From Takakia lepidozioides (lineage: Eukaryota; Plantae; Bryophyta): DNA of 64,000 nt. The stretch covers positions 82,584,001 through 82,648,000 of the forward strand of contig CM060732.1 in the NCBI GenBank assembly GCA_030704615.1, in the 5' to 3' direction. The notes beneath the pieces were generated by a model. That model searched no databases. It was given only the letters and a program-made list of their open reading frames with translations, and was not told where the DNA came from. Below, piece by piece: positions 27,701 to 39,523 of the stretch. Position numbers and translations under genes: made by a program. How positions within the stretch are numbered: position 1 is the stretch's first letter; every line of letters starts with the position of its first letter.

Positions 27701-28918
27701 GGCACACTTCCACGACCTGGAATGTAACGGGAACTGCGGCACACTGGGCAAATGTCTACATTCTCATACTCCCCACGGAAGAGTACACAACCACGCTCAC
27801 ATGCATGAATCATCGTGTACTGCAATCCCATCTTGGCAATCATGGTTTTTGCTTCATAGTGAGTTTTCGGCAATGAATTCTCTTTAGGCAAAAAACTCTT
27901 ACGCAACAATCCCAGAAGCTCATCCACAAATGCATTGGTGCACTTGTGGTAGTAGTGCATGCGTTCAGCAACGTCAAAGTTGCTTGCAGCCGGCTGATGG
28001 AGCACCCTTCAAAAAGTGGACATCGCGACGCTCGGAAGAGTTTATCATACTCGGGATCAACGTGCAGGTGAGCATTCTCATCAAATTCATTGTCTCCGGA
28101 ATCGTCGAGATCATCGTCATGATGGCAAATGTGTGATCGGTTCCACCATGAATGGGGTCCTCTCTGTTTGCATTGCAAAGAGAAACGCTTCCTGCAATGC
28201 ACGCTGCATTTCTACCTCCAATCCACCACTCTCATCTGCGTTCTCTGTGACATTGGGCTCCGCTGTGCCGCAGGGCCTTCGTCTTCATCATCTGAATATT
28301 CACATCCCTGCATCCCAATAGTCATATTGTGAGTGGACCAACAACGATGTGACACTTGTTCATATTATGACATAGGAGGCACGGTGACGTTGCAGTGATG
28401 CAGTCATATTTTACGTATGTATCTTATGAATATACACCCAATCAAAACACGACATTTGTAACCATTGAAGTCATAGTTGCAGTCACTTACTTAGTCATAT
28501 ATGACTACATGACTACACATGACCAATGAAAACACGACATGTGCATTAATTAAAGTGATAACGGAAGTGGCGTAGTCATACTCACGTCTGTATCTTATGA
28601 CTTCTTGACTACAATCACCCAACGAAATGTCGACATGTGGAGAAGATGATCGTTGCATTCAAAATTCAAACTAAAGTGCTGAAGGGAAAGTGGCGATCTT
28701 ACCGGAAGAGAACAGCGTTGGAGAAGAGGATCCCTCCCGTGTATCATGTAATGATTCCTCACTGTTTCCAACAAGAGTACTTTTCCTCCATGACACTCAT
28801 CGCAGTTGCATAGCATTTTTGTATGCCCATTCCTTGTGGCATAAGCTTCTTCCATTCGCCATAGACGGTCATCTATTCTACGCCTACGCATCCGTTCGCC
28901 ACCTGCACTGTACATCAT
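24771..28918 (-). pseudogene. CACTA TnpD/Tnp2 transposase with several frameshifts
   Basis: Exon 1 (28703-28918) has a transposase-associated CNCDEC..VRNHY motif. The core has HPADSKAWRHID..RFGLALDGVNPY..STWPV, YNLPPWL and DVYLMPLVEELLELW (Transposase_21), then MHCEKNLAEN, WMYPMEQ (DUF4218-like) and DDVGFTLVNF..PGWKVV (DUF4216-like). Confidence 0.93.
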
Positions 28919-29043
28919 GCTTTGACGTCACCCCTTTCCCTCTTTGCATGCTACGCACAGTGCATTGTCTCTAGTTTTGCACCAGCTGCCAATGTGCTAT
29001 TTCTATATCTATAGTATATTATAAGTATCGTTTCTGAGTGTCC

Positions 29044-32000
29044 ATGGTGAAGCGGAACGGTCTTCGAAGTGACAGTTCCCTTCTCACTGAGTACGAGAAG
29101 TTCCAAGAGCGCCAGATTGCTGCCATAAAGGAGGTGGAAGCAACGTTCAAAGCAGTCGATAGATGGGTGAGTTTAGTTCCTGACTTTGGATACCCACCCA
29201 CTAACTTGCGATTTGCCTTATCCTCTAACCTTCCTACAGCGATCATAAGCTTCATAGCACAAATGGGGGCGAGTAGCTGCGACTTGTACAAACATAGAGG
29301 CAAACAACATGCAGTGAATGCGATTAGGTTTGAGGAGGGGTGTGTCATTAGGCGGGAGATGTCCGCCGTCATCGTGGGCAGGCATTACGTCCTGGTAGGG
29401 TGCGGTTGTGGTTCAGCGTAGACTTTAAGAGTGATTAGGGTATGTATGCTTACATTGTTTGTGATTGTTTGAGAGGGAGGTCATGGAGTGTTTGTGCAGG
29501 CTTGCGGGAGCGAATCGCCTCGCAAGCCACGCGCTCCGAAGGAAAAAGGTAGGGATCAAGGTCCTGCAAGGCAAAGTGCCAGACTGAAGACGATGAAGAC
29601 TACGATTCTGCATGAGGGCTCTTCTGAGGACGATGAGGACGATCCACTCCTCCCACACCAGTGCGAGGCGAGTGCGTCGTCGGCGGATGCCACGGCAAGC
29701 CCGAGGAGAACATGCCCATGCTCATGTCGCAGGACAAAAACGCCCATCATCTACACTACGAACACCTTCTCCGTCTGTGAGTTATAGTTCTTCACAATGA
29801 CCATGATTCTAATTATGTATGTTTTTGGTAAAATCACGAAGAGATAGGGTATGTCTGTCAAGACAGGGAAGTTGGACAATGCAGGGGTCAGCCAAGGCAC
29901 AACACAAATGATTTCCACTAGACAAGTTGAAGTGCCAAAGGCATGATGTCAGGCCAATGTAGACTTCAGGTGTGTTCAAATTTTTTGCCCCATGAAACCA
30001 ACGTCCTGGTACTAAGCTACAATGGCTACTTATAGAGATACTTGGGTTACTTATGCACCCAGAATATCAGTAAAACTTGGAGGGATACTTCTCATGGGAC
30101 CCATCAGGTTTGTCCATTTGAATTCTTGCTATGGATTTCAGGAACACCCATACCTAAGAGGGCTCAAAAATGTACTGGGATGACATCATTGGGCCAATCA
30201 AATTTGGGAGATTTACTGCCCAAGATCATACTGAGTTTTGGGTAATCTTGTCTTTACAAATGATATGTGCTTCCAGTTTGTTTTGCCTGAATTCAAGGAT
30301 TGCTGCTTGCTGCCTATATGTATGTGTAATCATCCACATTGTACTGGGGGACTATTTCTTTTCAGGCAAGCACAAGCGCAAAGCTGGATCCACGATCCCT
30401 GCTGCTAGCAATGGAGATGGCGCCCACAAGAACGCAAGAGGTGGCCCTAACTCTCCCAACGTTGTGGGTTCTGTGCCACCAGTACCCCACCTTATTTATG
30501 GTATGCCTCAGTACCCACAGTCTGGCACTCAGTATGGTCAGGGTCAATATGGTGCTCCTCCATATGGGCAGTATGGCCAGTATCCTCCTCCACCATATTT
30601 GCCACCCCCTAATAGCTATGGGGGTGGCAGGCCACCGGAATATCCTCCTGCTTATGGACAGTATGGCCAGTATGGTCCTCGGCCTTCTGGCCAACAGCCA
30701 TGGCCACCAGTCCCTACTTGGCAGGATCCTGCTTTGAATTCTCCTGAGCGCACGGAGGTCTCTGAAGAGGGGAGGGTGCCGTTTCAAAGAATGATAGAAC
30801 CAATGCTTAAGGAGGGCTAATAGCTCAGCCAAAATTGAAGCTGCCAAGGTCAAGGAAGAGAGAATAGGTGCAGGTCTTCCTCCCACGGTGATTTTAGCTT
30901 GGACAAACTGGTGGAATCACAAGGACGTGACATGGCAGAATTAAAATTACAGATGCAGAGTATGATTGAGTACCAGAAAGCCATTGTGACCAGATTGGGG
31001 ATTAATCTACCAGGCGCAGGATCAGTGACATCTACGATGGATACGTCTGCTGTGACAATATCAAAATGTTTGGAATCTCAATTTCAGACGGTAACTGGTG
31101 CTCACTCTAAGCCCTTATGTCTTCCTGTCACTGATGATCTTTTGAATTTGACCGAGTAGCAGCAGGATACAGGGAAGGCCAGCTGTGAGGTACACGTGGA
31201 AATTCAGCCCTTGCCACGTACAAAGGCAGTAGTAGTCCAGGGGGCAATGGTGACAGAGCCGCCGGGCACACCGGATTCTGGTATGCAGGTATGAACCTCA
31301 AAGGAGCCCCGTATGGTCAGACCCGGAATGTATGGCACGCTGCCCTTAAAGGACAGGCTTATCGCAAGCTAGATTGTTCCCTTGCCAAAACAACCAACCT
31401 GATGAAGTTGTATATGAAATCAGAGATCACCTGGCTAAGCTATTTTCATATACGCCGCACGAGTTAAAAGACTTCCACCTAAAACAAACAATTGGCAGAA
31501 TAATGAAGAGCCAGCGTTATGAAGCACACACTGCGTGGGTTGGTGGTAAGGGGAAACCCATTACTGTATCTGAAGGTATGGAACAAGCTTGTAAGTTACT
31601 GGCAGACAGAGGTGTTCCACAAAGTGTCGGGCAACATGAAGAAGGCAAATGGTGCAATTCTGAATCCTACCAAGACTGGCCGTGGTGGGAAGGCAATGGT
31701 GGAAGCATGCTTGGTAAGTGGCATCATCACGACTCTGTATTTTATTCCTCATTGAATTGCTATGTGTATATAGTCAGCCCTCACATTGCTTACTGACTTG
31801 TGGCATGGGTTTGATTGTGGCATGGATTAATTTGTAGGAAACACTATCAGGGTGCCCTCCTACATTATATGAAATTCAAGAGGGTTCAGTGTCACGGTTG
31901 TCAGCTGGAGTGACAGGCGGGTAAGTGTATTTTCCGTTTGCTAGAGTGGTTGCTGCATCATAGGTTGTTAGGGTTTTTTTCACGGCTTTTGGCCTGGGTT

Positions 32001-33590
32001 TTCTTTCCAATGGTTGTTCATGCTAGGTTTTTTTGGTTTGATTAATACTTGGGCAAGTTTTCATGGATTGGCAGGAGGGAAGTCTCGCATATTCTACAGT
32101 AGTTGGCAGGATGGATGGGGAGTTTAGATGGGGAGAAAGATGCTGACGGGGACAAAACAAACAAGCAGGTTGCTTTAATTTCTCTTGCTCACATGTTGAA
32201 GCCAAATATCAGTTTACTTCCTGGACCAACGAGGAAGCATTTACTAATTCTGGACTTAAATGGTCTGTTATGTGAATCTTTTCATTCTGCTAATGGCCTG
32301 CATCCCTTCCCAAAGGTTTTGTGGGGAAGATTGGTGGCAAGAAGATGGTAGTTTTGAGACCACGCTGTTATGACTTTTTGCAAAAGTGTTTTGAACACTT
32401 TGAGGTGGCGGTGTGGTCTTGTTGCCAAGCTCGCAACTTCTTCCCAATGGTGGACTATATTTTTGCAGCCCACACTAACCTGGTTTTCCAGTGGGATGCC
32501 CTTCACTGTGACGAGGATCCAGTCCTCCTATGCCGTAAGGGGTCTGATTCAAAGCCATTATATTTCAAGAACTTGTCTACAGTGTGGGCAGACTGGCCAG
32601 AATGGACTTATGAGGACCACTGTTCTTGTTGACGACACACCAAGAAAGGCGCCAAACAATCCTCCCTTCAGTGGGATTTTTCCAGAGCCATGGAAGGTGC
32701 AACCAGATTCACCAACTGATGAGTATCTAACAGAGGTGTTGTGGCCTTTCTTGTGAAGGCATCGAAAGCTGCCAGTATTCCCAAGTTTTTGGAGTTTCAG
32801 CCTGTTTTCGGACAACAACCATACAACACTGCTACTGTGAAGGTACAGATGCTGGCACTAGGCTGAACAGTGTTAATTTTTGTGGGTTCATTCATTGCAT
32901 TGCTTTCCTGGATGCTTCTCCTCGGTTGTTTGATTAATGCTAGGTTTTCTTTGCAGCTTTTCATGTTGGCTTTTTTTGTTTGATTCATACTTGGATTTTG
33001 TTTCTATTCACTATTCATGTTTGCTCATTGCTTTCCTGGTTGATCTCTGGTCTGTGACACAGGAACTTGTGACAAACAAAGGTGATATTGTCGACAAGCC
33101 GGTACAGACGAGGGGCAAGAGTGTCGACCCGACGAGTAGCCCCCCAAAAAAGGTCTCACCACCACTGGAGACTGCAAATGGAGTAAGTCCAGGCCGTTGT
33201 CTTGTCTGTTATATTTTTTCCAACCTTGGGGCTATCTTTAACTCGCAAATGTTGAGTGTCCTAGTCGTGTGTATGTCATGGGTTTTCACATTGTGTTCTT
33301 TTTTGTGTGGAGTTGGGATCACAGTTCAGGGTGGGTGACGAGGTTCGGCTGTTGGATGTGAACTCCAAACGCAAGAAATGTGGAGTAGGGCTGATTGTTG
33401 CTCTTCAAGGTGCTGTGGTGGGTTACGGGTACCCTGCTGTGCCCCTTGATTATGCCTGTGTGTACATCAAAGAGGCATGTGTCAGTAACACCCCTCTACC
33501 ATATGTGAATGGTGTTAGGAAACAGACCGAGTTGGGGCAGGTGGTTGGCCAGACAACACTTGGAGTCTAAAGTTACTGAAACTTATGGAG
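29044..33590 (+). pseudogene. CACTA second gene (TnpA-like, multi-exon) with a YGQ/P-rich region, a coiled coil, an FCP1/NIF phosphatase-like exon and a Tnp1-like C-terminal exon
   Basis: Plausible GT-AG exons from MVKRNGLRS (29044). The last exon FRVGDEVRLLD..VPLDYACVYIKEACVSNTPLPY..LGQVVGQ resembles CACTA Tnp1-type C-terminal domains. It contains stops and frameshifts, and the exon model is approximate. Confidence 0.65.
32200..32760 (+). pseudogene. FCP1/SCP/NIF-like HAD phosphatase domain carried inside the CACTA element
   Basis: KHLLILDLNGLLC (motif I), VVLRPRCYDFLQKCFEHFEVAVWS (motif II), YFKNLSTVW (motif III), TTVLVDDTPRKA..NPP (motif IV), joined across two frameshifts. Confidence 0.85.
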
Positions 33591-34945
33591 CTGCGGAAGG
33601 GATAGTCAGTATTGCACTGTTTAACAGAGTTCTTGATTCTAATAGCACTAGAACATACTAGCTACAACAATTCAGCCCATGTGTGGGCTTGCTTGTTTTT
33701 GGCTGGGCCTTTTGAGGCATGGATTTTTTGACCTTGTGGCTTTTGAGGTGTCCATTGGGATATTGGTCTCATTTGGATTTTTGTAATGTGATTTATAAGG
33801 CTTGTATTGCCCTGTAGTTGACTATTTTCATTCTCCTTGTGGTTGATAGTATGCAGGAGGGATCCATTCTGTTTTCATGTTGGAATTTCACCATGTAATG
33901 AAGATTTTAAATCATTTAATTCACTTTCATTTTAAATAATAATATTAAAAATAATACCATTAAAAAAAAAATCCAAGGCTGCAATCTCCCTGTTCTTTTA
34001 AATATTAAATGAAAACTAAAAATTAAAATATGAACATTAAAAATATAAACTATTTCGGAAAATAATCTTGATGACACGTGGTATCACTCTTGCTCAAACC
34101 AGAACACGTGGTAGTATATGACACGACATTCTTTATCCATATTTTCACCACGTGTAAAGATCCGTAGTCATATATGCTAGTCATATATTTTGTCTGTGTG
34201 CCACATGTCACATCTCAAGTGCAACAGGTGTCCCGCTAACAACTCTCCATGTAGACATCCCTATAGTCATATGAGCGAGTCATGTAGTCACCACGTGTGA
34301 AATCTGCCATAGCACACGTGTCTCGCTAGCGCCTCTCCATGTAGGCATCATTGTGCAGACATGTAGTCATATGATCATGGCAAGAAGTCGTGACATGTCA
34401 AATTTGCAGTGGCGCACGTGTCCATCCGTCGCCTCTCCATGTAGGCATCACTTTGCAGACATATAGTCATATGATCCCCTGACGAATGCATGACGTGTCG
34501 CTTGTGCAGTGGCGCACGTGTCCCGCTGAAGCCTCTCTATGTAGGCAGCGCTCAACAGACAATGTAGTCATGTATTAGTCATATAGTTGTGACTGCAACC
34601 CTCTCAACAGCAGGACTCCAGGTGCCACGCAAGCAGTCATGGATATGACTTGCAAAACGCAGTCCTAAAGACTAGTCGCTATGACAGGGCTTTTTTCACT
34701 ACAGAGTGATGTAGTCATGAACGCATATAAGACTGAAAAAATAGTCATATGTGAAGTCATAAAAACGCTCATCTGTTGTAGTGTGCAGAGGCGGGCCATT
34801 TTCGAAATGGAGTTTTCGAGGAAAATATCCACATTTGCTTTCACGTTCAGTTGGTACCAAAATGGCGAACGAATTCCATGCTTCCCAGGCATTTCGATTG
34901 TTATCTGATAGTGATTTGGGAGGTAATCATGAGAATGTTTAGTTT

Positions 34946-35598
34946 GTGAGTTGTGATTCTGATCGTGAGTGCCATAGGAGAGAAATTCATAATCGACAGA
35001 TATCGCGATCAACGACGACTGATCAGCCCGATAGTGAGTTGAGTGATTCAGAGAGTGATTCGTTAGATAATCCTGCAAATTATGAGTGGGCGCAAAATCC
35101 ATATGAGAGTGTTGAGATCCAGTGTCGGCAAGGTGGAGGTTTCGAAATTGATGAAGATGGAACACAGGGAGTTCACAGTTGCGGGCTTAACGATCCACCG
35201 ATGCCCGATCCCATATCCACTCCCGTTCCGAATTTAGATTGCACACAAATTGCAGACGTGACACCTGACTCCATTGATGCACCTGTTGCCAGATCTGCTA
35301 GACGATCACACGGAGCTCCTCATCTGAAGAAGAACGGGAACTGGACAAACGATTCATTGAGATTGGCGATGAATGCTGTGGGGGCAGGAATGGCAATTCG
35401 AGAGGCAAGTAGGCAGTGGGGTGTCCCTGTGACAAGCCTGCGAAACCATTTATATGGAGTAACAAGAACCAGAAAGCGGGAAATCAAAGGGACATTGACA
35501 GACAAATAAGAAGTTGAACTGGTAAATTACATTATAAAGATGCAGGAGTATGGGCACCCGCTGACGTTAACACTGTTGCGCTTGAAGGTCGCAGTAGT
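34946..35598 (+). pseudogene. pogo/Tigger/Fot1-like transposase N-terminus (HTH_psq plus CENP-B-type HTH), truncated
   Basis: NWTNDSLRLAMNAVGAGMAIREASRQWGVPVTSLRNHL..GTLTDK*EVELVNYIIKMQEYGHPLTLTLLRLKVA. There is an in-frame stop at 35507-35509, and the DDE domain is absent. Confidence 0.82.
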
Positions 35599-35893
35599 GT
35601 GAGTGTTCGGTTGATTTCTGGTCCAGAATAGAGCCCTCTATTGGCCCACAATGGGTGTTTTCTGTATTTGCACTTTGAATAATCAACAATATTACGGTTT
35701 TTGACATTTGATTTTTGTTTGTTATGCAACAATTCTTATTTACATTTGCCAATATCAAAAAAAAAAATCTGTACCAAAAATGCATCTCTCAACTTTGTTG
35801 TGTTTCTTAAATGAGCCAAAATAGGTTCATATACCTTAGACGGGTGAATGGAAAGGTGTCCATGGAACCACCCCTTCTCATTTTTACGGGGCG

Positions 35894-36070
35894 ATTCCCT
35901 CTTGGGGCCTTTTGGGGTTTGGGAGTGCCCATGGAACCCGGCCCTTACACCCTCCTACACGCCATCACCATTTACATAATATATTCCCTCATGGGGCGTT
36001 TGGGGTTTGGGAGTGCCCATGGAACCCGGCCCTTACACCCTCCTACACGCCATCACCATTTACATAATAT
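35894..36070. repeat. 89-bp tandem duplication
   Basis: attccctc.tgggg...catcaccatttacataatat occurs twice. Confidence 0.9.
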
Positions 36071-36819
36071 TTCTCCATAATAATTGACGAACATACCCCC
36101 ACCGAACTGCAAAAGGACACTCATGACGGAAAACGACCCTATAACAACCCTTGGTCACCCCTTGTGGCCAGCTGTGGATGCTTTACGTTGACACGGACCT
36201 ACGTGACAAGCTCGACTCCGCTTTACTCTGCTCCGTGACTTGCTCTCCTCTCCGTACATTGATTGATGAGTATCGGCTGACGCTTCAACAATGGCAGCTT
36301 CGACAAATCCCCGACCTACAACAACATGCGTAACTTACTCTTGATGATAACAATTCCATGCATGTTTGTTTTCATATTTTTGGCGTACGCAATTTCCGCC
36401 GGAAGCAGAGCAGTGCAGTGCGGTACACCCAATTTTTCGTGGCCATGGGAGAAGTAGTAATTGGAGCGAAATGGAACTGATTGGGAAGGGGACAAGGTGG
36501 GGCTAAAAGTAAAAATAAATAATAAATAACAAATAATAAATAAAAATGAGAGGGGGGCACGCCGCCCCAAAAGGGGTTGTGATCCGTAGCCTAACAGACC
36601 CCAATTTTGGGCACCTGAATTGACCAGTCCACGTCATTCCACCAATCGCAGCGCGCCGTCCAATGTACAACAAATTACCCCTATTTGGCTTACGTTTGCT
36701 GGAGCGAATAGGAGGGCCCCAGCGTCGGAACCGCTGAATTATGATCGTCGTTGATTTCATCCGTGAACGGTCCAGATGTAGAGAATCTTTGACTTGGAAA
36801 TGTACCTGATGAGCGATGA

Positions 36820-36875
36820 GGATGCGGCCACGTCGTCGGGAGTGTCCAAGATATAATAGGGGGCACGTGCTGGGG
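36820..36875 (+). promoter_or_regulatory. Putative metallothionein core promoter (TATA-like box and ACGT-core ABRE/G-box motifs)
   Basis: TATAATA lies about 135 bp upstream of the ATG, with GCCACGTC and GCACGTGC adjacent. Confidence 0.45.
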
Positions 36876-36988
36876 TGGTAGTCTGTCTCATCATCGCCAG
36901 GTTTCTTCTCTCTGCGTATCGAAGCTTTCCTTCTCCTCTTGTCTTTCGATCGTCTCTTGTGTGTGAGGAAGGAAGTAAAGCAGGCATC

Positions 36989-38028
36989 ATGTCGGGCTGC
37001 GGAAACTCAAGCTGCTCATGCGGGTCCGCCTGCAACTGTGGATCAAGCTGCAAGTGAGTGTGATCTGTTTTTTCGCATTCTCATCGGGAGTTTGGAGCGT
37101 AATTGCTAGGCCGGCGCAGTGGGATCAGGAGTTTGGTTTGGGGATGTGGCTTGAGAGGGGTGATTTGGAGGTTTTTAAGTGCAGGGAGGTTGTGTTCTGG
37201 TGGTTAAGAGTAGGAATTTGCTGTATGTGTCCGGGTGGTGTACGGTCGCGAGTGCTGTCCTGCGTTGTGTTTAGAGCATTCGTAGGCCATCCCCCTATCG
37301 ATTTGTTAACCTGAGAAGATGTACGATTTTCTGAACTTCATATGGATGTTAGTCTTTGTTTGGTGTGGTCAACGTAGATCAGTAATATCTGTTCCTGCGC
37401 AAAGAATTTCACCCCGATCATGATTTCAGTGACGCTTCATGTGTGAGGCCACCAAGGACTTCGTTAGTCTGGCTGTCGATTTGTTTGCGAGCCCGACCTC
37501 GGTGGTTTTTCACTACCGAGGTTGGTGTCGACCGGTTCTCTGACTCAATTGTTGATAATCGCCTATGCTAACGGTCGGGTGTTGGCTCGGTGTTAATATA
37601 ATATTGAACAGGTGCGGTAAGAGGACCATCGACGAGCCACTCCGCAAGTAAGCCTGCTTTTCTTTGTGGAAATTCGTGCTCGCTGTTCATCTGTTATAAA
37701 CTGAATCTTAGCACTCTGATGCATACGGACCACTAGTCTTTGCCGTCACAGTTTGATCGGGCCTGTGAATGAGTGCCGGCGTACAACTCAACCAGCAGCA
37801 CTTCCTGTTTCACCACTACTTGCTGACCGATCTGTGCTGCCTTCCATACGCAGACTTGTGGTTTTGTCAGAACTTCCTTAGCTTCGATCTGATTTCTGGT
37901 ATCTTACAGGTTTTCAGTACAGTCTCTGTCTGACTGTGTTTTACTGATGTTTGAACAGCTACAACACCGAGAATGATTGCAAGTGTGGCGCCAACTGCAA
38001 CTGCGCGTCATGCTCATGCCACAAATGA
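36989..38028 (+). CDS. MT: Plant metallothionein, 56 aa, 3 exons
   Basis: Exons 36989-37053, 37612-37647 and 37959-38028 have canonical GT-AG sites and give [56 protein letters not shown]. Confidence 0.95.
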
Positions 38029-39366
38029 GAGCCCGTGACATCGGCCCGCTGCAGCAGCATAACATGTGAAATGTAGAACTCATATAGGGAGGTGCAAACG
38101 GGCCTCCCGTTCAATTATGTGGTGTAGATAAGACTTGTTGTATATGGACTGCAGCTTGGCTATGGCAACAAGGACCTGAACAGTCCTACCTCTAATAACA
38201 CTTTCCGAAGTCAGCTTCATTCAAGCCAGCGGATAGAAGTTTACAGCTCCGTGAACTACCAACTACGAACTAGTAGACAATGAAACAGATGCAGACTGTT
38301 ACACTATATTGAGACTATATTCTAGATTGAAAGATTTGGAAACTATGGAACATCTGACTTGAAATAAGCAGACTTTGAAGTTTGTAAAACTATGGTGCTG
38401 TATCTCGCATCTGAATGTAGTGTGATGGAAGCTGCAAACCACACGTGCCTCAGCACGTTTGAAAGACGTTTACGTGGATAAGGGATAAGACCTTACCTAC
38501 ACGCTTACAGAATATTCCAACTATACTGTATTTAATTTCCTTGCGAACAAGTTCCTTCTATCTTGCAAAGCAGGCTTACCGAGCAACATCCCCCAAAAAC
38601 AATCTCTAATAACTGGGCATCTTTGCCAAAGTAGAGAAACTGATCTCACAACAATTTGCTTTTCTTGAAATCTGGTACTCTGGTGAGTTTCTCCATTTGG
38701 GGTCTGCATTGCTTCATATTCTTTCTGTAGAGTTGGGAGAGAGAAAGGGAATAGGTATAAAATTCGTTTGGTGTTATGTATGGCACAACTTGGACACTCT
38801 GCCACTGTTGTTGATCATTTTTTGCAGCTCTGGACACATCTTCATTCTCTCCATTTCCCGCTCTGAGATGCTCAGTGGAATGTAGATGTGCCGAACTGGT
38901 TGGCCACTGAGGTTTATTAGTTGAACAATCAATACATTTGTACAATGCAAATGTTACAAATCTTTAAACCACTTCAGCAAACAGGAGGTGTTTATGATGG
39001 TGGCATGAAGGTCTGAATTCAGTAGATGCATATGATGCAACCCCCTTGACCTTTAAGTACTGATATTTAACTGAACCTTTCCTGAAGTTTCTACCTGCAA
39101 AATCAGGTGGAGGATAAAAATATCAGACTTCCACAGTGTTTTTACCTGGATGTTGCTGCTGCTTGACTGGTTCTGGTAGCTGAACAATTGAAATGAACGA
39201 ACTTTCTCAGATCCAGAAAAAATCGCATCCAGTAGAACTGATGACCATATTTCACAACACTGACTGCTTCGATCCTGAGATCTACACCTTTCAGCTTAGT
39301 GGGTGCAATTCACCTTAAAGAGCCTTCCATGACTTCCATTGGTGCAAGTAGTCATATGTTAGTTGC

Positions 39367-39417
39367 AATGCTCACCAGGTGCACCTGACTGTTGGTGAGG
39401 TGCACCTGGTGAGCATT
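39367..39417. repeat. Perfect 20-bp inverted repeat with an 11-nt loop
   Basis: AATGCTCACCAGGTGCACCT-gactgttggtg-AGGTGCACCTGGTGAGCATT. Confidence 0.9.
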
Positions 39418-39523
39418 CAGTCCCATTTCTGACCTTTTTTTTGAAAAATCGGCGGTTCCCTTACAACAAATTAGGAGTTTCCCCCTTCAGTGTGGAACCA
39501 CACCTGTAGTTGGATTCCATATT

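Larger units (their letters stand above)
22146..34783. mobile_element. Full-length CACTA (En/Spm) DNA transposon, 12.6 kb, coding regions decayed
   Basis: TIRs CACTACAAGAGATGAGCGTTTTTAGGACT (from 22146) and the reverse complement of CACTACAACAGATGAGCGTTTTTATGACT (ending 34783). A 3-bp TSD TGC lies at 22143-22145 and 34784-34786. ATGACTA/TAGTCAT subterminal repeats occur at both ends. Confidence 0.96.

Noticed and set aside
29075-29140. TEYEKFQERQIAAIKE resembling the CDCA7-type YE..R..NI..N helix
   Set aside because: The key R and N residues are missing; the similarity is too weak to support.
36250-36810. GTAC copper-response cores upstream of the metallothionein
   Set aside because: About five 4-mers in about 600 bp is not clearly above chance.
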